Assembly (NCBI GenBank): GCA_028716245.1
Contig: JAQUQW010000002.1
Coordinates: forward strand, 72,947-136,946
Direction: 5' to 3'
Length of the DNA: 64,000 bases
DNA from: Candidatus Omnitrophota bacterium
Lineage (GTDB): Bacteria > Omnitrophota > Gorgyraeia > Gygaellales > Profunditerraquicolaceae
How positions within the stretch are numbered: position 1 is the stretch's first letter; every line of letters starts with the position of its first letter. The notes under the pieces were generated by a model, which was not told the DNA's origin, did no database searches, and worked only from the letters and a program-made list of their open reading frames with translations. Below are positions 26,980 through 41,900 of this stretch, one piece after another. A program made the translations under genes and the position numbers.

Positions 26980-29900
26980 ATGAGTAATCGGCAGAAAGCA
27001 AAAATAGCTACGCGGGTAATCCTGGTGATGCTCTTTACAGCCGCCTTCGGGATGTTCTTGTCTTACCTATATCATCACTCCATCGAAGCGGTAGAGACAA
27101 ACTCTGTTGTCATAAGTAACCCTACCGCCACCACGGCAAATGCCAGCCAGAGGAAATTAGCGCGCGCCACCAACGGAGATTTATACGCGGTTTATGCCCG
27201 TCTTGACGGGGCAAACCAGCAGATTTATTATGCCAAGTCCACGGATAACGGCGCAACCTGGATAGAACAGGGCAAGGCCCACGCCGATGTAGCGGCTGAG
27301 CAGAAAGAACCGGCAATCGCCATCGATTCTTCGGATAATCTTTACATTGCCTGGGCCGGCAAGGGCTGGGGAACCAACACCGCTAATTTTAATATTAAAT
27401 ACCGTAAATATAATAAAGCAACCGCGTTATGGGATACACAGGAATCCGTGACCGACGCTGCGTATGACCAATTCGCGCCGGCGTTAGCTTTGGACTCAAG
27501 CAATAACATTCATGTTGCCTGGTATGGCAAAGGCTGGGGAACCAACACCGCCAACAATAATATTCAATATCGCAAAAGGACAACCTCCTGGCAAACACAG
27601 GAATCCGTGACCGACGCTGCGTATGACCAATTCGCGCCGGCGTTAGCTTTGGACTCAAGCAATAACATTCATGTTGCCTGGTATGGCAAGGGCTGGGGAA
27701 CCAACACCGCCAACAATAATATTCAATATCGCAAAAAGACAGCCTCCTGGCAAAAACAGGAATCCGTAACCGACGCTGCTTACGATCAACTTTCGCCATC
27801 GCTTGCCCTGGACTCAGCAGATTACGTTTACGCGGTTTGGGCCGGCAAAGGCTGGGGAACCAACACCACTATTGATAACATTGAATATTCAAAACGCGCC
27901 ACTCTCAGCACTGACTGGGCAGCCAACCGTGAGTCAGTTACTGACAGCGCAAGCGCGCAACTTTCGCCATCGCTTGCCCTGGACTCAGCAGATTACGTTT
28001 ACGCGGTTTGGGCAGGCAAAGGCTGGGGAACCAACACCGCCAACAATAATATTCAATATCGCAAAAGGACAACCGCCTGGCAGGGGCAATCAGGAATTAC
28101 GGATTTGGCGTCAGACCAAACCAATCCCACGCTTTTTTGGCATCCACAGCCAACCATATTCACCAGCGTAAAAACAAACATTATTACCTCAGGCCACAGT
28201 TTTATCTGGACTACCGGTTCAGGAGTTAAATTCTACGCCAGCGACGGAATTATCTTCCCTAAGGTTTATTTTGTTTTGAGCCCGGCGAATTCCACGCCTA
28301 CTGTCGGCTCAAGCACGGATGTAACGATTACCGCCGCCAAAAAAGACGCGGCTAACGCCGATGTTACCGTAACCGATTATAATGTGGCAACCACAGTAAG
28401 TGTAAGCGCCGACGGGGCGGCTAAATTTACCGCGCCGAGTTCCGGAAACCCGATTTCTCTTCGGGATATTGATTGGAAAAGCGGCGCAGCCAGCGTAACG
28501 ATTACCGATGATACCGCCCAAAGCGTTACCGTTAAGGCGGCAGACCAGAATAATGCTTCGATCACCGGAACAACCTCAGTTTCCTTCCAGCCGACAGCGG
28601 CAGATAAATTACTCCTTAATCACCCCGCGGCTATTGATGCCGGCACCCGCGCCGCGTATATAGTAACCCTGGCGGATGCCCGTAACAATAACGTAAATGC
28701 CGGCTCAGGCGGACAGGTAATTTATCTGTTTACAACTTCCGCAAGCGCCAACGCGAAATTTTACAACGCGGCCTCCGGCGGCAAGGCGATTACCAGCGTA
28801 ACTATTCCCAGCGGCAGTTCTCTGGCGAGCGCCTGGTATTACGACGATACTGCCGGCACTTATACCATAACCGCTTCAGATGCTTCCCCTGCAAACGGCG
28901 CAATTGGGCTGGCTGACGCGCAGGATACAATCAAAGTTAACCCCGCAGCCGACCTGAGCAAAAAATATAAGATTAAATTTGACAATGATGAAGCGGAAAT
29001 CGGCGATTTCCGGGCCAAGGACTTCAAACCTCACGTAAAAATGAAACGCTGGGGCGAAGAATGTTACTTTAGCATCGAGTTTCCCGAGAGCAAAATACCC
29101 GCCAAGGATAAATCCGTAGGCGTAGAGGCAGACAAGATAAAATGGAAGTCACCGGATTCAGAGGCGCATTTTTACAAGAAGGGGAGCAAGCAAATCAGCG
29201 CCAAGGATAATAAAGGAAAAAGCCGCGGCTTTTTGAAGAATGAATCCGGCGCTTTGGAGTTTGAAGTGGTTTTGGATAAGAAACCGGCCTCCAATATAAT
29301 CAGCTTACCCATAGAAACCAAGGGCCTTAAATTCTATTATCAGGGGCCGTTAACTGCCGAAGAAATAAAGCAGGGAATAGTCCGGCCGGATGAGGTGGTG
29401 GGGTCTTACGCGGTGTATCATGAAAGTAAAAATGACGGCGCATATAACACCGGCAAGGCCTTCCATATTTACCGGCCAAAGGTCATCGATGCCACGGGGA
29501 ATACGATTTGGGGCCAGCTGGACATCGACGCAGTAAAAGGCGCCTTAACCATCACTATTGACCAGTCCTGGCTAAATAGCGCGGCTTATCCGGTAACCAT
29601 TGACCCTGAATTTGGTTATATGTCGATAGGTTCAAGCTCTATCCCTTTGAACAATATAACCCGCGGTTCAAAATTTACCGCCCTCGTAATGACGCCGGCT
29701 ACAATCGGAGCTTATTTGGGAAATACCGATGCCACTGCTTCTCACACCGCCAAGTTCGCTATTTATAAGGCGAGCGATTCATCCCTTGCAGGCCAGACCC
29801 AGGAAGTAACTATTCCCGCCTCATCTACAGGCTGGTATACGGGCGTCTATATTGTTGGCCCAAGCTTAACCGCCGTAGATTACGCCTTAGTGGCCAAAGC

Positions 29901-32900
29901 CAGCACCGCCGACATTATGATGTATTTTGACAGTGGCACTGCTAATCAGGGGGTTTCCCAGGCAAGCGTTTATTCGGATGCCTGGCCGCCAACCGCGAGT
30001 TTTACCAGTGATAATTATAAATATTCTATTTATGATCCCGCGGATATTACTCCGCCAACTCTGAGCAATCTCATCCTTTACGGCAATGTCAGCGGCTCAT
30101 CTGCCTACGTCAATGGCACTGCGCAGGATAATCAGATGGCCAAAGCTAAAGTAACCCTCTCCGATGATACCTCTATTACCTTAGATATCCAGTTTTCAGA
30201 AGACGGCTCAACCTGGGGTATCTATAACGGAGTTGCAAATGGGGCAGGTTCCAATAGCACCACCGGCGGCTCAACCTGGACAGCCGGGACTTATGTAACG
30301 GTTCCCGGCATAACTACAACTCCCACTGCCACGAATATAAATGTAAATGCTTCGGGAGCGTATGCTGCTACCGGCAACGGTGTCTGGAAATTCACTACTG
30401 ATGGCGCAAAGACCCTGTATGTCAGGATAAGGGATGCATCAGGTAATGTGACCAGCGGCTATGTTACATTGCCGGCTGATGATCTTACAGGCGCGACAAG
30501 TTTAACTAGCGCCAACTGTGGAACTTTAAGCGGAGGTGTCTGGAACGCAACCACTAGTAAATGCGATTGGACTCCGGTTAATGGCGCCACAATTTCTGGG
30601 AATTACAGCAATGTCGGCGTTTTTACAGTTACCAGTGGCTATACAGTGAATCTTACGGCCGGTACACCCCTAAAAGTACATGGGGTTACAGCTAATATCG
30701 CCGGGAATTTGAATGGGGATTATGCCGGCTATACCGGCGGCGCCGGCGGTTTAAAAACGAATTGGCCGACTGGCGCTACTGGCGGCTATGGTGGTATTAA
30801 TGGTGGCGGTATTGGTGGCACTGCCAATTCCAGTCCTAATAGCAGTGGTGGTGGTGGTGGTGGTGGTGGTTATGGTACTGCTGCCGGCTCCGGTGGCTCC
30901 GGTGACGCCGCCGGTGGCGCCGCCGGTGGCGCCGGTGGCCCTATTCTTGCCAGTAGCACTTTAAATGGTATCGATATTAATATGGGTGCTGGCGCAGGCG
31001 GAGGCGGAGGCGGAGGCGGAGGAGATACTTTATTAGGCATTAATGGTTATCAAGGTAATTCTGGCGGCGGAGCAGTTTATCTATACGCTTCAACCACTGC
31101 AACCGTGAGCGGAACTATTTCTATGAATGGCGGCGCCGGTGGCGCAGGTGGAGCCGGAGGAGGTTCTACGGATGGTTGTTATAGTAATAGGGCTGGCAAC
31201 GGTGGTGGTGGTGGTGGTGGTGGTGCCGGCGGCGGAATACTTATTAATGGAAATGCAGTCACGGTAAGCGGTACTTTAAGAACTAACGGCGGCGCCGGCG
31301 GCGCCGGCGGCGCCGGCGGCGATGTTGGTTGTTCCACCGGCGGCGCCGGCGGCAACCTTGGCGGCAGCGGAAGGATAAAGGTGTTTGGCGGTTCCTATAC
31401 CATTACCAACGCGACTTTTAGCGCCACCGGTTATAATACTACCTATAATTGCACTAGCACCAATAGTATCTGTAATAGCGGCACTATTTATACTCAGAAT
31501 CTTCCTGTCCTTGCTTCTATTACCTTAGATAGCACCGCGCCCGCAGGCGGAAGCATAACCTATGCGGATGGAAAAACGTCTTCTACCTCAACTACTATCA
31601 CATTGGTTGACGGCACTGACGCTCTTTCCGGCATAAGCTCAAAAATTTTACAAAGGGCATCAGCAACTTACACAAATGACAGCGTAGGCGTTTATTCAAG
31701 TTTTAGCATGCTTGCGACAAATCCCGTTTCACCCTATACCGACAGCACTATAACAGCGGGCAACGCTTATAAATACCAGTATGTAGTAACTGATGCCGCG
31801 GGTAACTCCGCTGTTTATGCATCAGCCAGCGTGGTCAAGGTATTTGGCGCCATCAATAATTATCTGGTAAGCGCCACTACGCCCCAGGCCGGAGGCATTG
31901 GCTGGAGTGAGACCGTAACCGCCAAGGACATCTCCGGCAATATAGTTACTACCGCCGCAAACACAGCGACAATGTCTTCATCCTCGGCAAATGTTAAGTT
32001 TTATACCAATAATACTTATACTACGCAAACCACCACTTACACCCTTTCTTCAGGCGCGGTAACGATTTATGTCCAGGATACCCCAGCCGTGCCGGAAACC
32101 ATAACTTTGACCGCAACAGATGCTGCTCTTAAAACCGGGACCAGCGGAAACATTACCGTAAATTATCCTTCTCCCGCGCCCGTAGCTCCTCCTGCGGGCT
32201 ACACTACTAAATACGCCCAGCCGATGTTTGTCTGGAACGCTCCTTCAGGATATACTGTTCAGCAGTATGCTTTATCCATAGACGGCGGCGCTGATATTAC
32301 CGGCATCACCAATACCTATTATCGCTATACCGGCGTAAACCTGAGCAATGCCGCGCACACCTGGCAAGTAAAAGCACAAATCGGCGGACTCTGGACTAGT
32401 TATTGCGCTACGGTTAATTTCACGGTAAATACCGCTTCAACCGCAAATGATATCACCGTCTCTACAGCAGTAACCTGGGACGGCACAAAAATATATGATG
32501 ATGTTACCATAACCGGCACTGGTTCGATAACACATAGCGCCAATACTGCTACGAAAACAAATTGGCTTAATCTGATTAGTATGGGAAGCGTAATGATTAA
32601 CTCGGGCGGCTTTATTGATGTTTCCGGAAAAGGGTATTCGGGGGGAAACGGCCCTGGCCCGGGAGTTACTTGGTTGGGTTATCCGACTGGCGGCGGAGCC
32701 CATGGGGGTAACGGCGGAGCCAGCGCTTCGGCGGGCGGCGTTGCTTACGATAACGTATTAATACCGGCTGATATGGGAAGCAGCGGTGGTAGCGATAATA
32801 TCTCGAATTCGAATGGGCCGGCCGGAGGAGGATTCATTAAGTTAAATGTTTCGGGAACTCTTACTAATAACGGATCAATTATCGCTAATGGCAATAATGG

Positions 32901-35900
32901 CGTTATTCAGACTTCTGTTTACGGGACCGGCGCGGGCGCCGGAGGCGGTATGTATCTTTTAACCGGCACGCTTGCGGGTTCCGGAGCATTTGCCGCAAAC
33001 GGAGGCAATGGTTATGTTGGAACAGGTTATGTAGGCGGCGGCGGCGGCGGCGGAAGGATCGCGGCTTATTATACTACTTATTCTTATACCGGAAGCGCAA
33101 CTGCTACCGGCGGCACAGGCGCTAATGCCGGCGGCACAGGCACCATTTACGGCTTAATTGACCATTATGTGTTTACGGTTACCAGCCCGCAGAGCGCAGG
33201 CACTGGCTTCACCGCCACAGTAACCGCCAAGGATGTCAACAATACCACTATTCCTTCCGGCGCTAACATTACTCTGACCACTACCGGCTCAGCTAAATTC
33301 TATACCGATAATACCTATATTACCGAGAAGATCCCGGCAACTTATACGCTTGTTTCAGGCGTAAGCCCGACTATTTACATCAAAGATAACGTAGTCCAAA
33401 ACATCATTTTAACCGCTACCGGAAACGGCATAAGCACTGCATCAAGCGCGATTACGGTTAATCCGGGCAACTTAGACCATTTTACAATTACCAGTTACCC
33501 AACAAGCACAACTGCCGGAGATAATTTCGGAGCAAACAATGTCGTGGTAACCGCCTATGATGCCGTTAATAACGTCAAGACTAACTATACCGGAAGCGTT
33601 TATTTTACCTCAACCGATGCCCAGGCAGTTTTGCCTTATACCAGCGCGTCTAAATATACCTTTATAGGCGGAGATAACGGAACGCACACCTTCGCCGGCA
33701 CAGGGTTTACTTTAAAGACAACACCATCTGAGACAATCACGGTTACCGACGGGACAATTTCCCAGGTATCAAGCGCGATTACGGTTAACCCTGCGGCAAC
33801 ACTCGGTTCTTTTACTATTGCGGGTTTTCCTGCAACCACTACGGCCGGCGTTCCTTTCGCCTCACCGGCTAATGATGTTGTAGTTACCGCTAAAGATACC
33901 TATAATAACGTCAAGACTAACTATACCGGAAGCGTTTATTTTACCTCAACCGATGCCCAGGCAGTTTTGCCTTATACCAGCGCGTCTAAATATACCTTTA
34001 TAGGCGGAGATAACGGAACGCACACCTTCGCCGGCACAGGGTTTACTTTAAAGACAACACCATCTGAGACAATCACGGTTACCGACGGGACAATTTCCCA
34101 GGTATCAAGCGCGATTACGGTTAACCCTGCGGCGATTGCTTCTTATGTAATTTCCGCCACTAGCCCGCAGACTGCAGGCGTGGGCTGGAGCGGAAGCGTA
34201 ACTGCCAAGGATGCCTTTGGGAATACGGTGACTACAGATCCGGGAACAGTTGTAACGCTGAGCAGTGCAAGCTCAGCCAAATTCTATGCTTCTCTAACAA
34301 ACGCGAATAGCGATACCGGCGGCAGCGCGACATTGTCATATACTTTATCTTCCGGTGTTATTCCTATATATGTTAGAGATAACAAGGTTGAAGCTATTGC
34401 TTTAACCGCTACGGATGCTCTAACTAAGACCGGAACCTCCAGCGCAATTAGCATTAACGTTGCCCCGGCTAATAAAATCGTCTTTACTTCTGCCGCGCAA
34501 ACTCTGGTCGCCGGAACTGTTTCAACCGCCTATACCGTTCAGGTGCAGGACCAGTATGGAAACTTAAGAACCAGCGACGCGCTGGCGCTAACACTTGGCT
34601 CTAATTCCACAACCGGTGCGTTTGATACCTCCGCGGCCGGAGCCTTTAACGGAACAGTTACCTCCATAACCACAGTAAACGGCATCGGCACCTTCTACTA
34701 CAAAGACACAGTTACCGGCTCGCCTGCAATTACCGTAGCCTACACCGGTCTGACTTCCGGCACCCAAACCCAGACCATTACTGCCGGCGCGATAACGCCA
34801 ACAATAACCTCTGCCTCTTACAAAGCAGGCGCAACCCCCAACACTACCGTTGCTTTTACCGCCGCTAACCCTATACCGATTGGCGGCAAGATCAAGGTAA
34901 CCTTTGACCAGGATTATGATTTAAGCGGAGTACTGGGAGTGGTTTCAGGTAATACCGGAGCAACTGTAACCGTCTCTGACCAGACCTTGATTATTAACGT
35001 CGGCACCGCAATCAGCGCAGGCAGCCCGGTGAGTATCGTTGTCTCAGGGATAAAGAATCCGCTGATCCTTGGTATAACCGGAACCTATGCGGTAAAAACC
35101 TATACCGTAGCTGATGTCTTAATTGACCAAGGCACAGCCGCGGTCAATACCATAGTTGCGCCAATCATAACTCTGCTTACACCTTCAGCCGCGGGAATTA
35201 CCTTAGGCGATACCCAGAGCTACCCGATTACCTGGAGTTATGATGGTGCAATATCCAACAACCTTTCCTTATATTATGCCAATGAGGGCGGATTGGTTTA
35301 TCCGGCAACGCCGAATATTGCTTCAGCAGTAACTAATAGCGGTACCTATACCTGGGTAGTTCCCGATGACCCGCGTTTAGCAACTAAGGTAAAAATAGAA
35401 GATATATTTTATCAGATAATGAAAGACACCACGGACACGCAGTTTAATGCCGGTACGCAGAGTAATACCGTTGTTTCGGGGACCGGCAATGCGGCGGGGG
35501 TAGTTTTATTACCTGGATCTGCACCATATTCTTCCTCTGGTATCTATACTTCCCGTTCTTTGGATACCGGTACCGGCGGAGCGCAGAGCTTTGGAAAATT
35601 AGAGTGGACTGCTAATGTTCCGGCGCAATGCGGAGCAAACGCGGTGAAATTCCAGGTTGCCGCAAACAACGATAATGCCACCTGGAACTTTGTCGGCCCT
35701 GACGGCACAGCGGCTACCTACTTTACTGTTTCCGGCACCAGCATTTCATCCACTCTTAACGGCTTACGTTATATTAAATATAAAGCGTATTTAGCCACTG
35801 CCGATATAAATTACACGCCTACATTACAGGAAGTAAAAGTCGGTTTTGCCAGCCCGACCAGCGCAAACCGCGTAATCTCCAGTGAATCGGCCAATACCTT

Positions 35901-38900
35901 TGTTATGGCAGGTAGGACCAGCGTTTATTATTTGAGCGCACCGGCGGATATCGTTGCCGGGACCACTGCCCAATACACACTCACGCGCAAAGATTCCAAC
36001 GGCACATTGGTAACCGTGGGGAATGAAGCGGCTACTCTGGCTTCCACCTCTACCGGCGCCAATAAGCAGTTCAGGGCCACTGCAGGCGGGGCGGCATTAA
36101 GCCCGTCTCAGATAACCATCCCCGACGGAAGTTCGGCGGTAACTTTCTACTATTACGACGAGAAGATGGGTACTTATAGTATAACTGCTTCGCGCACAGG
36201 CGTAACTTCGGCAACCGACAGCATTAATGTCCTGCACGCAGCCGCCGACCACTTAAGGTTCCAGAGTAATATTACCACTCCGCAGAAGGCCGGCGCTTCT
36301 TTTATGCTGCCCTTGCTTGAGGCGGTGGACCAATACGGGAATATCCTCACCGGCGACTACGGCGCCACTGCTTACGCCGGAACAAAAACGATTTCTTATT
36401 CTCTAAGCGGGCTGGCAAACGCGCCTAACGGGACTCCGAATGATTCCTGGACCACCAGCGTGCCTTTTACCAACGGCACTTCTAACGTAGCTACGAATTT
36501 AATTACTACCTTATACCGGGCGCAGACGACCAGCATCATTCCTAATGACCCGCTGCTTCCGGCATTAACCGCTAATGTCGCCTCTAATGCCATTGTGGTT
36601 AATCCTGAGTTGGCAGTCACCCTTAAATTTACGCAGCAGCCTTCAGCTACTTCATTGATAAATGTGGCGCTGGCCGTGCAGCCGAAAGTAAACATCCAGG
36701 ATACTTACGGCAACCAGACGCATGATACGACCGCAGTTACGCTTTATGATTCTACTCTCAATACCAGTTATCTGGACGGGACAGGCACGATCTCTGCCGT
36801 TGCTAATCCGGTTTCTGCGGTGGATGGCTTGGTAAGCTTTAGCGGGGTTAAATACAGCGGTTTCCCTACCAGCGCATCCAGCACTATTTACCTTTACGCG
36901 CAGGCAGCAGGCCTGGCGCCGGCTTATTCCACTGCCATTACCTTTAACGTTGCCAGCACCTCTACAGTTTCCGCGGTAACTGTGCCGGTGGCTAATTTCA
37001 ATCTTATACCTACCAATGATACTCAAGCGAAGAAATTCGCCGTGTTGAAATTTAGAGTGAATGATACCGGGGATGACGGCATTCCCACTTTAATTGACGG
37101 GATTAAGGTGGACATAGGAGGCACAGGGTTGAATGCTTCCACGGATATTGCTTGGGCCGAACTTTATGATGATACCGCTGCGGCCAGTGTTTCTTCGGTG
37201 ACCGGCGCTGCCATTACCAATACCCAGATACTCTTTGGTGCGGCGGCAAACAATGATTCCCTGGCCGGTTTAACAAGTATTGCCAGCGGGACAAGCCGCA
37301 ATTACACGGTTTATATCTATATGAAGCCGAGCAAGCTTACGGCAGTCGAGGGCAATACCTATACCTTTAATATTAATGAGACAGGGGTTTACGCGGATTT
37401 AGGCTATTCTTCCAAGATGGCCGGCAATAGCGCGGCGGTTACTCCGGTTATCGGGACTATCCAGGTAGACACATCGCATATTGAGGTAGTTAGCGATACA
37501 GGCGCCTCTTCTTTGAGCCTGACTGCCGGGGTGGGCGCCAATATTATCCTGCGCGCCACCGATGCCAATAAGAATATAGACAGCAATTATACCGGCAACC
37601 ACACATTTGTATTTTCAGGGTTAAATCCTGTAACCACTTATAACCCCATGGTGGATGCGACGAATTTTGGCGTGAATAAGACAATCGGTTTTACTAATGG
37701 CGTTTCTACCACGGCCCTTCTGAAAGCCTACAAGAAGGAAACAGGCACGGTATCTGTTACAGAATCCGGACAGAGTTATCTGTGCCATACGCTTTCTGCT
37801 AATGTGGCCGCTGCTTCTGTTAGCAAAATATCCATTGCCAGCGGGAACAGCCAGACTACTGCCATTAACACAGCCCTGTTGCAGCCGTATGTGGCGTTTA
37901 TTTCTGATCTTTATGGCAACCCTGTAAGCGCGGTAAGCGCGACTTTTGGCATCGCCAGCGTTCCTAGCGGAGCAACCGGCCAGTTATTAAGCGTTGTTCC
38001 AGCCTCAAGCGATGTCAACGGCCAGATATCTACTATTTTGACTACAGGTAATCTTGCCGGGACCTACGTGGTTTCCGCGACTTCTGTGGGCCTTACCGGT
38101 TCACCGCTCAGTTTTACTTCCAACGTTCTGGCACCGACGGCAATGAGCAAGATAAGCGGAGATAACCCGTTAGGAAAGAAAGTTACGGAAATCCTGGCTC
38201 CTTTTGTTATCCAGGTAGTTGATGCCACCAGCACGCCTATTCCTAATGTTACGGTGAATTTTGCCATAACCAGCACGCCTTCAGGCGCCACTGGCGCGCT
38301 TTCCGCTGCGCAAGCGGTAACGGATAACAACGGCCAGGCTTCGACTATTTTGACTTTAGGAAATAAAACCGGCACATATACTGTAACCGCTTCATACCTT
38401 TCTTACACTCAAACATTTACCGTAACCGCGAATCCGCAGCCGCCTTATAAAGTTGTTTTAAGCGGGCCCAGTTCCGTCAATGCCGGGGATGCCTCAACAG
38501 TATTTACGCTGAATATCCAGGATCAATATAGTAATGCCAGCCCTGTTTCTGCCAACACAGTGTTTAATTTAACCAATTCGCCTTCTACTACCGGCGGTTT
38601 CTATAGCGATAGCGGGGCAACAATCAGTTTAGGCACGCAGATCACTGTGGCCGGCGCCGCAAGCAGCAATACTTTTTATTACAAAGATACGGTTACCGGC
38701 GCGCCCGTGATTACGGCTGCCCGTTTTAGCGGAGATACGCTTACTACTGTAAGCGCATCGGTTCCTTTAAGCGTGGTGCCCGCGGGATTAAGTTACTTCA
38801 AGGTTAGCGCAGCCGATACCTCGGTAATGACCACCGGCGGTTCGCGCGCAATCACCGTTACCGCCTATGATCTGCAAAATAATATCAAGACAGATGTTAG

Positions 38901-41900
38901 CACAGTGAACGTGGTTTTCTCCGGAGCCAATTCTTCTCCTTCGGCTAGCGCTCCTACCTGCACGAATAACCTGGCAGCAGATACCGCTTTTGGCACAAGC
39001 ACGGCGCTTAATTTTGTAAACGGTGTGGCAACTACTACCTTTAAGGCGTATAAAGCGGAAGTCACGCATATCAAGGCTACTGCCGGCGCAGCGACTACTT
39101 CGGATATCAATGCTTTAAATATCACGGTTAAACATGGGGCAGCCAACCACCTGAAATTCAGCGCGGCATTTACCGAGCCGCAGGGCGGTTTTCAGGCAGG
39201 CGTGGGATTTACTTTAAGCGTGTTGAACGGGGTAGATTTATACGACAATATCTGTGACGGAGCAAATGGCGCGACTGCTTACAGCGGGACAAAGGCAATT
39301 ACCTATGCTTTGAGCGGGACAGCCAATGCGCCGGATGGTTCTGCCCAGGATACCTATACTAACAGCGTTGTATTCAATGCCGGCCTTTCCACTTCAACTT
39401 TAAATACCACTTTGTATCGTGCGCAGACTACCAGTATCACTGCCAGCGATGCGCTTCTAACCGGCATAAACGCCGCTTCAGGTTCAATCATGGTTAATCC
39501 CAAGCCGGTTTCCAAGCTTTTCTTTACGCAGCAGCCTTCGACCGCTTCATTGACAAACGTGGCGCTGACGCAGCAGCCGATAGTTTCCGTAGCGGATATG
39601 TATGGTAATGCCGTAACCTCGGCCGTCGACCAGGTCACCCTGAAGGCTTCCACTACCACCGGCATTTATACCGCGGCAACCAATGGCACTCTTTCCGGCA
39701 CAGCCCTATCGGTAAATCTTGTCAACGGCAAGGCAGTGTTTAGCGGCATAAAATATAGCTACCCTGAAACCATATACCTTAAAGCCTCGGCTGCCAATGC
39801 CGCTGTGGTGGATATATATTCTTTTGGCATCGCCTTTGGCACGGCTACCGACGGGACTCTTACTGCCGGGCCGTTAGTCGAGCCGGCAGAGATATCTTCT
39901 ACGGTCGATTCCGATGGTGCAAGGGTAAATATTTTTGATTTTAAAGTCAGCGATGCCGGCACGGACGGTTATGGCATACCGATAAAACAAATCAGGATTA
40001 ACCGCAATACACTGGCGGATACAACCGGCGGCTGGTCAACTTATATTGCCGGAGCCAAGATTTCCGACGGCACCACCACTCTCTTAGGTACGATTACGGA
40101 TAATGTCCTGACTTTTGGCGCCGGCACCAGCACGATTTACACGGTTGCCGACGCAGGTAATAAGACATTTACCTTAAGCATCTACCTGAAACAAAGCCTG
40201 CCTGTGGGCGCGGACGGAAAGTTCCTCGGCTTCAGTATTAACCCGAATACCGATATAACCGTGGATGCAGTAGGTTCCCAGTTTACCACCGCCACCGCCT
40301 TGACCAGTTCTACTAAGGTGCAGGTAACCATAACCAAATTTATGGTTAGCGCAAGCGCAAGCAGTATGCTGGCGGGTAATGGGATTGCCATCAACATTAA
40401 GGGCACGGACATCAACGGTAACATCGATACCGATTACATCGGAGACAAAGAGATAATCTTTAGCGGGGCAAGCGTTGCTTCAACCGGCACAAACCCTACC
40501 TGTACTAACTATTCCGCAGTAGGCATAAATTTTGGCGGCATAACCCTGGTAAGCTTTGCTGCAGGCCAGAGTTCCTCTACCATAACAATGAAACTATACA
40601 AAGCGGAGACCGCTGTCATTAAAGCCACTACCTCTGATTCTTTGTTTACTACTTCCGCCGCCGATGCTTTGAATATTACGGTTACCGGCGGCGTTGCAAG
40701 CAAGCTTTCCTGGAATACTCAGCCGGTGGCTACAGTAGCAGCTAATGCCCCGTGGTCTGCGTTTAAAGTGAGCGTAGTTGATGCTTATGGAAATACTGCT
40801 TCCAGCGCAATTAATGTAACGGTTGCCCCTACCGGAGGCACTTTGAGTGCGGCAGCAACTGCTCAAGTTGCAGCGGTATCCGGCATAGCGACCTTCGATA
40901 ATTTTGCGGTGTATTGCGCAGCTTATCCGGGGACAGTTACCTTAAATGCTACTGCTGCTGGAGTTACCGCCAGCGGCGCATCTAATAATGTAACCGTAGG
41001 AGAAAAATATGCGATTACAATGAAAGCATTTGATTCGGTAAACGGCAGCCCATTGACCGAAGTCACGCTTAAGATTATCGATTCAAACACCGGCCTACTG
41101 GTTTCCGGCCTTACTAACCCGATAATCGGTAATAGCCCGTTTTCGTTTAATCTGCCTTACGGAAAATATAGTTTTAATTTTAATAAAACCGCCTACGTAG
41201 AGAGCACGGTTAATAAGACTGCGGATGTTCCTGCGGATGCGGTTGACGGCGCCTACGACAATAATATCAGCTGGACGGTGTTTCTGATGTCCACTGCTGA
41301 ATCTCTGGCGGATTACCGGGTATTAAGTAACTTTGTCTATGATGAAACTAATGACCGGATAACCGGCTTGGTGCGGCTGGAGAAAAGAGGTAAGCAGATT
41401 ACCAGCGATGCCATAAATACCCTAAGAACCAGCGCTTTAAATATCTTCGATAGTTCCGACGCGGTTAACCCTAAATATACCGCTTCATTGGCTACCTCCG
41501 ATGCAAACGGCAATTATTATTTTAATATTGATAATGCCGTAGCAGCAAAGGGTTTTGTCAAGGGCAGGGATTATTTTGCCAAGATGACTATTCTCTACGG
41601 CGGAGTTGATTTATCAACGAATGTAACGTATTCGGCGGCTAATGATTTTACGATCTCGGTAATGTCAACTTTAAATACCCTAGCCAACCAGATTGTGGCC
41701 TCGGTTGCATCCGAAGGGGCTCTTACCAGATCACAACTGACCTCGACAATAGAATCTACGGCCGCGGCTACTCAGGCACAGGTTGCCCAGGTAAGTACTC
41801 AGGCAGCGCAGATCTTAACCGCTACAGGCACTACCATACCTGCGCAGATCACTACAGCACAAACAGCGGTAACCGATACCATTGCTACCAAGGTTGAGCC

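Noticed and set aside
27395-27799. Minus-strand ORF 27395..27799 with an internally repeated peptide
   Set aside because: It is an antisense artefact of the 159-nt tandem repeats in the giant gene. The sense strand carries a continuous 5,207-aa ORF with coherent domain architecture.
36396-40866. Numerous 60-120-aa minus-strand and alternate-frame ORFs inside the giant gene (e.g. 36652..37026, 38064..38375, 39354..39665, 40594..40866)
   Set aside because: They are short, lack motifs, and are fully contained in a long, high-confidence coding frame. They are most likely spurious, and the Ala/Thr/Gly-rich codon composition of the sense strand creates open antisense frames.
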